DNA of 64,000 nt from Candidatus Anderseniibacteriota bacterium (lineage in GTDB: Bacteria > Patescibacteriota > Andersenbacteria > UBA10190), in NCBI GenBank assembly GCA_040876835.1, contig JBBDOX010000016.1, positions 23,414-87,413 of the forward strand, in the 5' to 3' direction. Positions within the stretch are counted from its first letter, which is position 1; each line of letters opens with the position of its first letter. This document shows, piece after piece, positions 38,531 through 48,560 of this stretch. A program made the translations under genes and the position numbers. The notes below the pieces were generated by a model that saw nothing but the letters and a program-made list of their open reading frames with translations, was not told the origin of the DNA and ran no database searches.

Positions 38531-38621
38531 AGCCTCTACTGTACGACTATATGTATATATGTCTAGCGCAGAAATGCACAACTAAAACTCATTCGCGAAA
38601 TGACAGGAGAGTTATGTATCC

Positions 38622-41279
38622 CTATCCTCTGTGCTCTGACGCGTTAATAAGCCCGCACTTTTTGTATTTCTTTCCACTTCCGCATGGACAGGGGTCATTT
38701 CGCCCTACGTCTTTGTAAGCGTTAACAAGCGGGCCAGTAGGCTGCGGCTTCGTATCTGTACGAACCGTACCGGTAGCTCCCTGCTGTTTTTCCTGAGCAA
38801 CCTCTTCGGCAATACTATGTGGGGCCGTTGTTGACTGGTGAACAGCCATTCCTTCATAGCGTTCCTGACGAACAGCTTCGGCGTGATAAATAGTTTCTAC
38901 AAGTGAGTGTTTGATGGTTGCCAGCAGCTGCTGAAATAAGCGATGACCCTCGCGCTGATATTCCACTAACGGATCGCGCTGGCCGTATCCGCGTAGTCCA
39001 ATACCGGTACGCAGATAGTCCATGGTATCAAGGTGCTCCATCCAGTGAGTATCAATTGCTCGCAAAGCGGCAGCTAACTCCAGGCGTTTCATGGTTTCAT
39101 CTCCTAATTCGCTTTTCTTCTCTCGCAGGCGTTCGACAAGAACATCTGTTACCGCCGTCTCTAATAGAGCTTGAGCCTCTTCTGAGGAATCATCCCCTGC
39201 TTTCGTTAGAGTGTCTTTAAATAATGTATGGAGACGGGATAGTTCAATATTCGTTAAAGAGTGAACCGTTTCAGCAATCTCTTCCGCATTCCACATGGAC
39301 TGATCCCCTTCGCCGGTATGAGTCATTACCAGAAGCCGGGCCTCCTCCTGAACCAACTGCTCCACCTGTTCATGAATGGCTGTAGCGTCCCTGTTAGGCT
39401 CTTTCCATTTCTCTTCCCGCAGAATACCGCGGCGTAGAGTATAAATAGCGTTGCGCTGTTTGTTGAGTACGTTGTCGTACGACAACACCTGTTTACGCAT
39501 ATCGAAGTAGTGGCCTTCCACTCGGGTCTGGGCGTTTTCGATTGCCCGACTAATCATCTTGTGCTCAATGGGCTCATCTTCAGGTAGTCGCAGACGCTCC
39601 ATCAGATTTTTAATCCGCTGTCCGCCGAAGATGCGCATGATGTCATCATCAAGACTGACATAAAATTGTGATTCACCCGGATCTCCCTGACGCCCTGATC
39701 GTCCTCGCAGCTGATTATCAATACGACGTGCTTCATGCCGCTCAGTTCCGAGAACCGCCAGACCCCCCACTTCCCGCACGCCTTCTCCCAGCTTAATGTC
39801 TGTTCCTCGTCCGGCCATGTTGGTAGAGATGGTCACGGCCCCCTTTTGACCCGCTTGGCTAACAATCTCAGCTTCCCGGGCGTGTTGTTTGGCATTTAAC
39901 ACCTCATGCCGTACGCCTTCTTTTTGTAGTAGGGCTGACAGATACTCAGATTTTTCAATAGCGATTGTGCCCACCAGGACAGGCTGGCCGGCTGCATGTT
40001 TTTCTTTAATTGTTTTTACTAGAGATCGAAATTTTGCCTGCTCGTCAACGTAAATACGATCTGGTTTGTCAGCTCGAACCATCGCCTGGTTTGTGGGAAT
40101 GACTACTACGTCAACGTTGTATACTTTTTCAAATTCTTCTGCAGAGGTAACGGCTGTTCCGGTCATACCGCCCAGGTGCATATATTCGCGGAAATAGTTC
40201 TGGAAAGTAATCGAAGCCAGCGTTCGGCTTTCCTGCTGGACCTTTACTTTCTCCTTGGCTTCCAGGGCCTGGTGCAGCCCTTCGGAATATCTGCGTCCGG
40301 CCATCAGTCGCCCCGTGAATTCATCGACAATAACCACCTGATTGTCCTGGACAACATAGTCCTTGTCGCGACTGTAGAGTGTATTGGCACGCAGGGCCTG
40401 CTCCAAGTGATGAACAAACCGAACACCCTTGTCAGCATATATGTTATCAATTCCCAGCGACTGCTCAACGAAGGAAATACCCTCATCAGTTAACGTCGCT
40501 GCCCGACGCTTCTCGTCGATGTTATAATGTACGTCTTCCTTCAGAGTAGGTACCAGGTGTGAGAATTGGACATACAGTTCCGTTGATTCAGCATCGGGAG
40601 CGGAAATGATTAGTGGTGTACGGGCTTCGTCAATCAAAATGCTGTCGACTTCATCAACTAGCGCATAATACAACTCGCGCTGAACCATGTCTTCCACCCG
40701 CTGCGACATGTTATCGCGCAGGTAATCAAACCCGAATTCGTTATTCGTCCCGTAGGTAATATCAGCCGCATAGGCCGATCGCTTCTCTTCAGAATTTTGT
40801 CCAGATAGAATGACTCCGATTGATAATCCAAAAAATTCATATACCGGACGCATCCACTCCGCATCGCGCTGAGCCAGATAGTCATTGACCGTAACCAGAT
40901 GTGCTCCTTTTCCGACTAAGGCATTCATAACAAGCGGGAGGGTGGCAACGAGTGTTTTTCCCTCTCCAGTTTTCATTTCCGCAATATTATCGCGTAGCAG
41001 GGCCAGGCCCCCCATAAGCTGAACGTCGAAGTGACGCATCTGAAGCATGCGTTTACTGGCCTCTCGAATGGCGGCGAATATTTCCGGTACGACCGCCTCA
41101 ATCTCTTTACGGGGCTTTCCTTTGTGTTGGATGACAACCTGTTTGAGTTCCTCGTCTGATAGGCTCTGCATCTTCGGTTCTAAGGCATTGATAGCAGCAA
41201 CCTTTGGGCGATACTGTTGTGCCGCCTTTTCATGACGGGAAGTGCCGCCAAAGCCCAGTTTTTGCAAAAATGTAGCCAT
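38622..41279 (-). CDS. secA: Preprotein translocase subunit SecA
   Basis: MKTGEGKT, DEVDSILIDEARTPLIIS, C-terminal SEC-C motif GRNDPCPCGSGKKYKKC. Confidence 0.98.
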   Translation of the reverse strand: MATFLQKLGFGGTSRHEKAAQQYRPKVAAINALEPKMQSLSDEELKQVVIQHKGKPRKEIEAVVPEIFAAIREASKRMLQMRHFDVQLMGGLALLRDNIAEMKTGEGKTLVATLPLVMNALVGKGAHLVTVNDYLAQRDAEWMRPVYEFFGLSIGVILSGQNSEEKRSAYAADITYGTNNEFGFDYLRDNMSQRVEDMVQRELYYALVDEVDSILIDEARTPLIISAPDAESTELYVQFSHLVPTLKEDVHYNIDEKRRAATLTDEGISFVEQSLGIDNIYADKGVRFVHHLEQALRANTLYSRDKDYVVQDNQVVIVDEFTGRLMAGRRYSEGLHQALEAKEKVKVQQESRTLASITFQNYFREYMHLGGMTGTAVTSAEEFEKVYNVDVVVIPTNQAMVRADKPDRIYVDEQAKFRSLVKTIKEKHAAGQPVLVGTIAIEKSEYLSALLQKEGVRHEVLNAKQHAREAEIVSQAGQKGAVTISTNMAGRGTDIKLGEGVREVGGLAVLGTERHEARRIDNQLRGRSGRQGDPGESQFYVSLDDDIMRIFGGQRIKNLMERLRLPEDEPIEHKMISRAIENAQTRVEGHYFDMRKQVLSYDNVLNKQRNAIYTLRRGILREEKWKEPNRDATAIHEQVEQLVQEEARLLVMTHTGEGDQSMWNAEEIAETVHSLTNIELSRLHTLFKDTLTKAGDDSSEEAQALLETAVTDVLVERLREKKSELGDETMKRLELAAALRAIDTHWMEHLDTMDYLRTGIGLRGYGQRDPLVEYQREGHRLFQQLLATIKHSLVETIYHAEAVRQERYEGMAVHQSTTAPHSIAEEVAQEKQQGATGTVRTDTKPQPTGPLVNAYKDVGRNDPCPCGSGKKYKKCGLINASEHRG

Positions 41280-41334
41280 ATGTAATACAGGCAGAGTACC
41301 GGCTTTAGGGCCTGCTTAGCAAGGAGAGTTGAAA

Positions 41335-41640
41335 TCAGGAATGCTTTTTTCGCTTGCCGTGAGCTTTCTCCAGCTCATTGCGTAACGCTTCAAGGGTTTG
41401 ATCAATTGCTGTCTGAATATCATCCGCACTGCGATCGGCATGATAGACCTTTTTCCCTTGCTGAATGTTAACAATACAGCCGACGGCATTACCGTGGAGA
41501 TGACGAGTGCTGTGGCTTAGGGTGACGTCAATCATAAAAGGCGGGAGGAGGTGTTTCTTCAATCGATCCATCTTTTTATCCAGCTGTTCCTGATCAAAGT
41601 CTGAAAGTTCAATGTGATCGAGCCGCAGATTATATTTCAT
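41335..41640 (-). CDS. hpf: Ribosome hibernation factor (HPF/RaiA, short form)
   Basis: Length and pattern (KKMDRLKK...DIQTAID...L); upstream of secA. Confidence 0.8.
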   Translation of the reverse strand: MKYNLRLDHIELSDFDQEQLDKKMDRLKKHLLPPFMIDVTLSHSTRHLHGNAVGCIVNIQQGKKVYHADRSADDIQTAIDQTLEALRNELEKAHGKRKKHS

Positions 41641-41683
41641 ACACTCAACAAATCTTAAGGATGAATACGCCTAGGATACCACA

Positions 41684-42814
41684 TCAAGTGTTCCGCAAGA
41701 TCAAGGCTTCTTCAACTAGTTTTTGCATTTCAGTCTGAAACCGGATACGGGAAAACTGCAGGGCTTGTCTCTGCAGTATGTTTGGCAGAAAGCTGCCCTC
41801 GAGCAGCAGGAATTGGCGAACTGCCTCAGCCAGGGCTTCACTTCGTTGCTCCTGGTAGAGATAGCCGTGACGGCGATGTTCAACGATTTCCAGGACACCA
41901 CCAGCTCCGTAGGCAATAACGGGGGTGCCGCAGGCCAAGGCCTCAACTGCAGCCATGCCGAAGTCCTCGGTCCCCGGCTGAATCAGAGCTCGCGCCTGGC
42001 GCAGATATGTCCGGAGCTGGTCAGGCGAGGCCTTGCCGACAAATGTTGTGTGCTTGCCGGCAATTTTTCGTAGACGCGATTCGTAGTGTCCAGTACCAAT
42101 AACCACTAACGGCAGCTGTAGCTTTTCGCAAACAGTAATTGCCTGCTCGAAGTATTTGGCGGGTGTGAGTCGGCCCACGACCACAAACGGATCCTGGCTG
42201 GACCAGAGCCGCTCACTTGATTTCGGCGTAAAAAAAGCGGTTTCGATAGGCGGATACACGACTGTGCTTTCCCTGCGGTAGTATGCGGCAATCCGCTGCG
42301 CGGTATATCGGGAGTTGGCAATTAGTTTGTCCGGACGCTGAGCGGCTGAGAAATCAGCCACGCGCAGGTAGTGCTGGAGAACAGACAGACCACCTTTGAT
42401 TATTATGTTTCTATTCTGAGCTACGGTGTGGCTCTCCTCCCACAGGTAGCGCGGAGGGGTATGAACGTAGCTGATGTGAGGAATAGAGGAGCGAGTGATA
42501 ACACCCTTGGCGAACCCGCTCGAGCTGCTGATTACGAGATCGTACCGGGAGAGATCAAACTGCTCAACCGCGTGAGGCAAGAGCGGCAGGACGCGTCCGG
42601 GGTGCCGGCGAAACCACAGCGGCCACTTCTGGATAAAGGTGGTGTGAATTAGATAAGTCTTCTCTCCAACGGTTATCGAGGGGGTATTACCGCTATACAG
42701 TGCATATACGTCTGACTGCGGGAAAAGGCGTATAAGTTCCTCGAACACCCGTTCAGCGCCGCCGCGGCGAATCAGTTCATCGTGAACGAGGGCAATTCTA
42801 GGAAAACTGGACAT
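41684..42814 (-). CDS. Glycosyltransferase family 4
   Basis: IALVHD...GGAERV, EDFGMAAVEALACGTPVIA. Confidence 0.92.
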   Translation of the reverse strand: MSSFPRIALVHDELIRRGGAERVFEELIRLFPQSDVYALYSGNTPSITVGEKTYLIHTTFIQKWPLWFRRHPGRVLPLLPHAVEQFDLSRYDLVISSSSGFAKGVITRSSIPHISYVHTPPRYLWEESHTVAQNRNIIIKGGLSVLQHYLRVADFSAAQRPDKLIANSRYTAQRIAAYYRRESTVVYPPIETAFFTPKSSERLWSSQDPFVVVGRLTPAKYFEQAITVCEKLQLPLVVIGTGHYESRLRKIAGKHTTFVGKASPDQLRTYLRQARALIQPGTEDFGMAAVEALACGTPVIAYGAGGVLEIVEHRRHGYLYQEQRSEALAEAVRQFLLLEGSFLPNILQRQALQFSRIRFQTEMQKLVEEALILRNT

Positions 42815-42855
42815 CAAGTCACGATAACCAAGCATGGCCACTTACGCAACAAATG

Positions 42856-42875
42856 AAAAAGGCCCTGGTGGCCTT
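42856..42875 (-). terminator. Intrinsic terminator
   Basis: Minus strand AAGGCC-ACCAG-GGCCTT followed by TTT. Confidence 0.55.
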
Positions 42876-42883
42876 GGAGCTTG

Positions 42884-43081
42884 CTACAGTCCACTGTCAT
42901 AGCAGGCGTCTGCTCCGATCGCACAGCCTGTACATATGTCACTGGTGGCCAGGTAGGAAGCAGCCAGGAAGTTTTTCTGACAGACAGTACACCGAATCGT
43001 TTCAAAAACCGGCGGAGGTGGCACCTCTTTCTTCTGGCGAGGAGTTTCAGGGAGCGTAGTAACCTGGAGCTGCGTAATCAC
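42884..43081 (-). CDS. Small Zn-ribbon-like protein (CxxC-x15-CxxC)
   Basis: GGAGG SD 6 nt before GTG; CTVC...CTGC; terminator downstream. Confidence 0.6.
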   Translation of the reverse strand: MITQLQVTTLPETPRQKKEVPPPPVFETIRCTVCQKNFLAASYLATSDICTGCAIGADACYDSGL

Positions 43082-43151
43082 GAACAACCTCCTGTGTCGT
43101 GGTCGAATGTATTGAACGTATATTGCTCAATACATATTCATAATACTCCAG

Positions 43152-44162
43152 TTACTTTGTTAGTAGAATGCTTCGTTTATAAGCATCAAGATTTTCCAGC
43201 GCCGCTCCTGCTCCTTTGACCACGCACACGAGCGGATCATCAGCGATATAGCAGGGCACTTGAGTAGCTTGGGAGATGAGCTGATCAATATTTTTTAGTA
43301 ACGCTCCCCCACCGCTGACTACAATCCCCTTATCAATAACATCTGCAGCCAACTCCGGTGGGGTCTCCTGCAGCACGTGCTTTATGGCTTGCAGCATCTC
43401 GATTAATGGATCACGCAGGGCCTCGGTAATTTCAGATGAACTGATAATCACTTCTTTTGGTAGACCAGAGCTTAAGTCTCGGCCTCGGACTTTCATCTGG
43501 CGAGGCTCTTCTTCATGAATAGCTGAGCCAATGTGTTTCTTGATATGCTCAGCTGTTGGTTCGCCAACTAACAGTCCGTATCGTTTTCGCACGTGTTCAG
43601 CGATTGCGCGATCAAATACGTTACCTCCCACACGTGCTGAGTGAGCGGCAACTATTCCGCCGAGCGAGATAACAGCGACTTCTGTCGTGCCGCCGCCAAT
43701 ATCAACAATCATATGTCCCGAGCTTTCACCAATTGGAATGTTGGCGCCGATTGCCGCTGCTACGGGTTCTTTGATTAAATAGGCAGCTTTAGCCCCGGCA
43801 GATAAGGCTGCATCAACAACTGCGCGCCGTTCAGTACTGGTAATACCGGCCGGAACCGAGACTAACACCTCGGGCCGTAAAAACTTAACTGAAGCCCCGG
43901 TTTGTTTAAGCAAATATCGCAGCATGGCTTCGGTGACACGATAGTCGGCGATTACTCCGTCTTTGAGTGGCCGGTGGGCCACAATCGTTTCGGGGGTTCG
44001 CCCGATCATGTCTTCCGCTTCTTTCCCGATTGCCAGTACTGCATTGTCATCCAGAGAGACAGCCACAACCGAAGGCTCGTTTAAAACGATCCCCTTTCTG
44101 GGAACATACATAAGTGTACTGGTTGTCCCTAAATCAATCGCTATTTTCCGCGTCCAAGCCAT
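43152..44162 (-). CDS. mreB: Second MreB paralog (MreB/Mbl-like)
   Basis: IAIDLGT, EPSVVA, DIGGGTTE, GGGALL. Confidence 0.93.
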   Translation of the reverse strand: MAWTRKIAIDLGTTSTLMYVPRKGIVLNEPSVVAVSLDDNAVLAIGKEAEDMIGRTPETIVAHRPLKDGVIADYRVTEAMLRYLLKQTGASVKFLRPEVLVSVPAGITSTERRAVVDAALSAGAKAAYLIKEPVAAAIGANIPIGESSGHMIVDIGGGTTEVAVISLGGIVAAHSARVGGNVFDRAIAEHVRKRYGLLVGEPTAEHIKKHIGSAIHEEEPRQMKVRGRDLSSGLPKEVIISSSEITEALRDPLIEMLQAIKHVLQETPPELAADVIDKGIVVSGGGALLKNIDQLISQATQVPCYIADDPLVCVVKGAGAALENLDAYKRSILLTK

Positions 44163-44170
44163 AATATATC

Positions 44171-45436
44171 CTACTCTTTTCGTGTAATATCTGCGCCCAT
44201 TGCCTGTAGGCGCTCAGTTAACTGAGCATACCCGCGGTCTATGATTTCCGCATGGTCAATAATTGTCTGCCCCTGGGCTGTTAGGCCCGCCATCAGGAGC
44301 GTAGCCCCTGCCCGAATATCCAGGCTGGGAATGCGCTTGCCAGTCAGCGACGTAGGTCCGGTAATAATAACCCGATGCGGGTCACACATAATAGCATCCG
44401 CTCCCATTTTAATTAACTCATTAATGTGCTTGAAGCGACCCTCGTACATAGGGTCATGGATTAAGGAGCTCCCCTGAACCTGGGTGGCAATGACCGAGAA
44501 AGGCGCTTGGAGGTCTGTTGCAATACCAGGATACGGTAATGTCTGTACTTTGAAGGAACGCATCTTGCTGGGTTTAATATGTACGGATGATAGTCCGTCT
44601 GCACCATTCTCTATCTCATACGTCACACCAATATCATCAAGCTTTTTAAAAAACAGCAACAAATCATCTGCCGGAACGCCTCGAACTGTCGCCGTTGATT
44701 GTGTGGCTGCGGCCAGGAGGATAAAAAGGCCGGCCTCCAGCATGTCCTGAATGTTTGTGAACGAGGCTCCCTTCAAATTTTTGCTGCCCTCAATCGTAAT
44801 CGTATGCGTGCCGGCACCGGTAATGCGAGCTCCCATATGTGTGAGCAGATTAGCTAAAGCAACTACGTGAGGTTCAGCTGCAGCGATTTCAATAACAGAC
44901 GTGCCGGGCAAGGCTGCACAAGCCAGCAGCATATTTTCAGTGGCCGTAACGGAAAACTCTCGTAGCACAACCCGTCCAGCTTTCATATTCGCTCCGTCAA
45001 TTATTACCATGTCGTTTTCTTCGGAAATGGTGGCGTTTAGCTGAGCAAATCCATCAAGGTGGACATCAATTGGCCGAGCTCCAATAATATCTCCTCCGGG
45101 GCGAGGCAGGGTTACCCGCCCCGCTCGTCCTAACAGTGATCCCATCAGAAGAATAGACCCGCGCAGGGCACCAACGTCTTCAGCAGAGATCTCCTCAGCT
45201 GAGATGTCGGAAGCCTGTATAGTTAAAGCTTCGTTATCATATTCCACAGTTGCTCCCAGCGAGCGAAGAATTGTACTCATGCGGTCTACGTCAGAGATCG
45301 GCGGGATATTGGAAAGCTCTACCGGCTCTGAAGTCAGGAGCGCTGCAGCCATAAGTGGCAGGGCCGCGTTTTTCGAGCCCAGTACCGTGATTTCCCCTGA
45401 CAACTGTTTTCCACCCTGTATAACAAATTGAGACAT
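44171..45436 (-). CDS. murA: UDP-N-acetylglucosamine 1-carboxyvinyltransferase
   Basis: GSKNAALP, PGGDIIGARP, SVTATEN, ATDLQ, DIRAG. Confidence 0.96.
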   Translation of the reverse strand: MSQFVIQGGKQLSGEITVLGSKNAALPLMAAALLTSEPVELSNIPPISDVDRMSTILRSLGATVEYDNEALTIQASDISAEEISAEDVGALRGSILLMGSLLGRAGRVTLPRPGGDIIGARPIDVHLDGFAQLNATISEENDMVIIDGANMKAGRVVLREFSVTATENMLLACAALPGTSVIEIAAAEPHVVALANLLTHMGARITGAGTHTITIEGSKNLKGASFTNIQDMLEAGLFILLAAATQSTATVRGVPADDLLLFFKKLDDIGVTYEIENGADGLSSVHIKPSKMRSFKVQTLPYPGIATDLQAPFSVIATQVQGSSLIHDPMYEGRFKHINELIKMGADAIMCDPHRVIITGPTSLTGKRIPSLDIRAGATLLMAGLTAQGQTIIDHAEIIDRGYAQLTERLQAMGADITRKE

Positions 45437-45533
45437 ATGCAAAGTATCAAGGATACACTAACAACTAGCAAGTAGCACGAAGAAGAGGTTACTTGTGGGC
45501 TAATACTTGCTACTCTATACTTGCTGTTCACCT

Positions 45534-46886
45534 ATGAATCGTCTCATTCGCCGCATATTATTACTGGCTTCATTCCTGGCCTTTATCGCTATCGCTCCAG
45601 CTATTGTGCTGTATGCCGTGGGGTATCGCCCTCCAGTTAGCGGAATCATTGTTCCTGATCCCGTCGGCGTGTTGCTGCTCGACGCTTTTCCCAAACGCGC
45701 CCAGGTTACGGTCAATGACAGTACCGCAAGTCGTGTACCCGGAGCAGTATCTAATCTTGCGCCGGGCAACGTTCGGGTACATATATTCAAAGATGGGTAC
45801 GTGTCGTGGGAAAAGAATTTACCGATAGAGCCCGCGCGAGCAACCGAAGCCCGGGATGTGCGCCTGTTTCCCCAGACTCCCGATACTGAAATAGTATTAA
45901 GAAACGTAGAAGATTTTTCTTTAGCTCCTAACCGTTCATTAATCGCTGCTGTATCTTCAGATAACACGCTGCAGATTATGCGCCAGAATGAGGAGTCTCT
46001 AGTCACACCCATCACCCTGCCTGCCCGCCCCCTCCATATACTGTGGTCGCCGGATAGCACATTGCTTTTGCTCACCTATCCTAACCGCATCCCCTCTATT
46101 GTTGATGTGACAGATAAAAGGGGGCAGGTTGTTCCGCTACCGGAATTAGCCAAAGCTACAAACGTTCAGTGGGATCCGCGGGTGCCGGGACGGCTACTCT
46201 TCCTGCTTCCGGACCATGTGCTGATGGCGATGAGTATATCCTCAGGTACTTCAACTCGTTTAGGGTCAGACATCACATCGTTCGCCTTAAGCTCAAAGAA
46301 TATCTATGCCCTTACTACGAAGGGAGAATTCAATCGATATAATCTGCAGGGTCAGTTTATCCGTCGTATTCAAACTGTGCAGGATCCTGTGAAGACCATT
46401 GCTGTCACTCCCGCTGGAGCGATAGCGCTGCATTTTGAGGACAGTCGCGTAGTTGTACTGAACGAGGACCAGCAGCTCCAGGAGATTGTTTCCACTGCGC
46501 AAAAGATTAGCTGGTCGCCAGATGGACGAATGCTGATGATGCAGACAGCTGGTAATGAGTTACATGTATATAATGTTGCTAACGAGCGGCGTCCTGATAT
46601 TCTCGTCAATCAAATGCGGCTGATTGTCCGTCTGTCCCGACCGATTAGTGACCCGCAGTGGTTCGCCGGCGGTAATCACCTTATCTATCAGGTGGATGAT
46701 CAGATTATTATCTCTGAAATCGATACTCGCGACTATCCGGCAACGTATACACTGGATTCTACAAATACCGGAAGTGCGCGCATCTCAGTTGGCGAAGAAG
46801 GTCATGGAGTATTCTATCTCAAGCGGGATGCTACTTCTCAGAGCCTCGTATTTAGTCATTTACTGATCGCATCCGACAGAACGTAG
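45534..46886 (+). CDS. Membrane-anchored PEGA-domain protein with beta-propeller
   Basis: TM, YAVGYR, KDGYVSWEK (PEGA), repeated WSPD motifs. Confidence 0.8.
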   Translation: MNRLIRRILLLASFLAFIAIAPAIVLYAVGYRPPVSGIIVPDPVGVLLLDAFPKRAQVTVNDSTASRVPGAVSNLAPGNVRVHIFKDGYVSWEKNLPIEPARATEARDVRLFPQTPDTEIVLRNVEDFSLAPNRSLIAAVSSDNTLQIMRQNEESLVTPITLPARPLHILWSPDSTLLLLTYPNRIPSIVDVTDKRGQVVPLPELAKATNVQWDPRVPGRLLFLLPDHVLMAMSISSGTSTRLGSDITSFALSSKNIYALTTKGEFNRYNLQGQFIRRIQTVQDPVKTIAVTPAGAIALHFEDSRVVVLNEDQQLQEIVSTAQKISWSPDGRMLMMQTAGNELHVYNVANERRPDILVNQMRLIVRLSRPISDPQWFAGGNHLIYQVDDQIIISEIDTRDYPATYTLDSTNTGSARISVGEEGHGVFYLKRDATSQSLVFSHLLIASDRT

Positions 46887-46889
46887 TAA

Positions 46890-46919
46890 AAGAAAAAACC
46901 ATATCATCGTTGGACATGG
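46890..46919 (-). terminator. csrA terminator
   Basis: Minus strand CCATGTC-N7-GATATGG followed by TTTTTT. Confidence 0.55.
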
Positions 46920-46950
46920 CCTGTTGCTGGAATGGACGGGAAAAGAAAGT

Positions 46951-47178
46951 TCAGGTGGCGGAGGGCACATCGCTTGGCTTCTCCGTCTTCCCTTTTTCCT
47001 TTCTGGACCACTCTTCTCCCCGCAGGATTGCCTCATACACCTCCTGCCGGTGCACGGGAACCTCCTTTGGGGCCTCGATTCCCAGCCGCACCTTGTCTCC
47101 CCGGATGTCGACCACCGTGATCACGATGTTCCCGTCGATGACCACGCGCTCATTCTTCTTTCGACTCAGCACCAGCAT
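46951..47178 (-). CDS. csrA: Carbon storage regulator CsrA/RsmA
   Basis: MLVLSRKKNE...VRLGIEAPKEVPVHRQEVY; AGGAGG SD. Confidence 0.95.
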   Translation of the reverse strand: MLVLSRKKNERVVIDGNIVITVVDIRGDKVRLGIEAPKEVPVHRQEVYEAILRGEEWSRKEKGKTEKPSDVPSAT

Positions 47179-47291
47179 GTGAGGTCCTCCTACTGTGGCG
47201 GGATAGAATCGACGCGGCCTGCGTCGAGGGTGGGTTAAGTGAGAAATGGAAAAATACCAATGAACAAGCCACTACTATACACACTATACAC

Positions 47292-47323
47292 AAAAATACA
47301 ACCCCGATAGGGGGGGTTGTATT
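47292..47323 (-). terminator. Terminator of the ribosomal protein operon
   Basis: AATACAACCCC/GGGGTTGTATT 11-bp stem with T tail, just after the rpsI stop. Confidence 0.75.
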
Positions 47324-47327
47324 GATA

Positions 47328-47729
47328 TTAGCGCTTGCTGAACTGTGGGGCTCTACGGGCACCTTTGAGACCCGGCTTTTTTCGCTCTTTCGCTCGCGGA
47401 TCTCTGGTTAACAGGCCGGCCTTGCGGAGCTGCTTTTTGTATCCGTCATCAACTGATATTAAAGCTCGAGCCATCGCTAAGCTCAAAGCCACTGCTTGAG
47501 CCAGCTTGCCGCCGCCGTGAACCTTTACAGAAAACCCATACTGATCATCCTGTGAAGATGTTGTCAGGGTTCGCAGCGCAGTCGCCCGCATTGTTTCGGT
47601 GGTGAAATATGATTCAAATGGCTGACCGTTAACACTTCGAGCCTTATCTTCTGTCGTCAGCAGCACCTGAGCTACTGCCGTCTTGCGGCGTCCCATTCCG
47701 TAAATGCCTTTCTTTGTTGAGTCATTCAT
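47328..47729 (-). CDS. rpsI: 30S ribosomal protein S9
   Basis: GRRKTAVA, LTRDPRAKERKKPG...QFSKR. Confidence 0.97.
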   Translation of the reverse strand: MNDSTKKGIYGMGRRKTAVAQVLLTTEDKARSVNGQPFESYFTTETMRATALRTLTTSSQDDQYGFSVKVHGGGKLAQAVALSLAMARALISVDDGYKKQLRKAGLLTRDPRAKERKKPGLKGARRAPQFSKR

Positions 47730-47739
47730 AATTAAAGGG

Positions 47740-48162
47740 TTACTTTATTTGAGCCTGGTGAGGATGTTCTGTTCCTTTGTAGAGCAGGAGATTCTGCAGG
47801 CGATGCGCTCTCAGACTGTTCTTGGGTAACATACCGGAAACGGCCTGTTCAAACACCTCGCGTGAATCAAGCTGCAGCTGTCGGCTTAAACTGCGCTCTT
47901 TCAATCCTCCGGGATGACCTGTGTAATGCCGGTACATTTTTTGCTCCAGTTTGTTACCGGTGACCTTAACCTTATCGGTATTTACGACCACCACGCGTAC
48001 GGGCGCTACTAGATGCGGAGCGAAATCAGGACGGTGTTTACCCAGCAGTAGCTCAGCCACTCCCGTTGCCGCCCGACCGAGCGGTTGGGTGCTGGCGTCG
48101 ATAAGGTGCCACTCGAACCGAGTGTCTTTGGCCTTTGTGTCTTGTGAATCTTCTTTAGACAT
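47740..48162 (-). CDS. rplM: 50S ribosomal protein L13
   Basis: WHLIDA...LGR, YRHYTGHPGGLK, GMLPKN. Confidence 0.96.
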   Translation of the reverse strand: MSKEDSQDTKAKDTRFEWHLIDASTQPLGRAATGVAELLLGKHRPDFAPHLVAPVRVVVVNTDKVKVTGNKLEQKMYRHYTGHPGGLKERSLSRQLQLDSREVFEQAVSGMLPKNSLRAHRLQNLLLYKGTEHPHQAQIK

Positions 48163-48177
48163 ACAGTGGAGTTGTCT

Positions 48178-48537
48178 CTATTTAGTATCAATAATATCAA
48201 CACGCATTTCTCGCGCAGCATCAGTACGGGTGATCGGCAGGCGTGTCAGGCGTATATATCCGCCCGGGCGCTTGCTGTTTGCCTTAGCAATGTCAGTAAG
48301 TCGTAGTAAGTCCGTCTTGTGCATTAAGCGGGACAGCAACACACGACGGTTAGGGAGCGTCATTTCTAGCTTGGCGCGGGAAATGAGAGGTTCGATATGC
48401 TTGCGTAGTTCCTTTGCCTTCGCTTCCGTTGTGACAATCGAACCATGCTCAAGCAACGAACTGGTTAGGTTCTGTAACAGGTGGGTCCGATCTCTGCTGG
48501 TGCGGCCCAATATTCGGTTGCTGTGCTTATGTCGCAT
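48178..48537 (-). CDS. rplQ: 50S ribosomal protein L17
   Basis: MRHK...LGR, TTEAKAKELR, RPGGYIR. Confidence 0.96.
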   Translation of the reverse strand: MRHKHSNRILGRTSRDRTHLLQNLTSSLLEHGSIVTTEAKAKELRKHIEPLISRAKLEMTLPNRRVLLSRLMHKTDLLRLTDIAKANSKRPGGYIRLTRLPITRTDAAREMRVDIIDTK

Positions 48538-48560
48538 GATCTCTCGTATATATTACTTAG

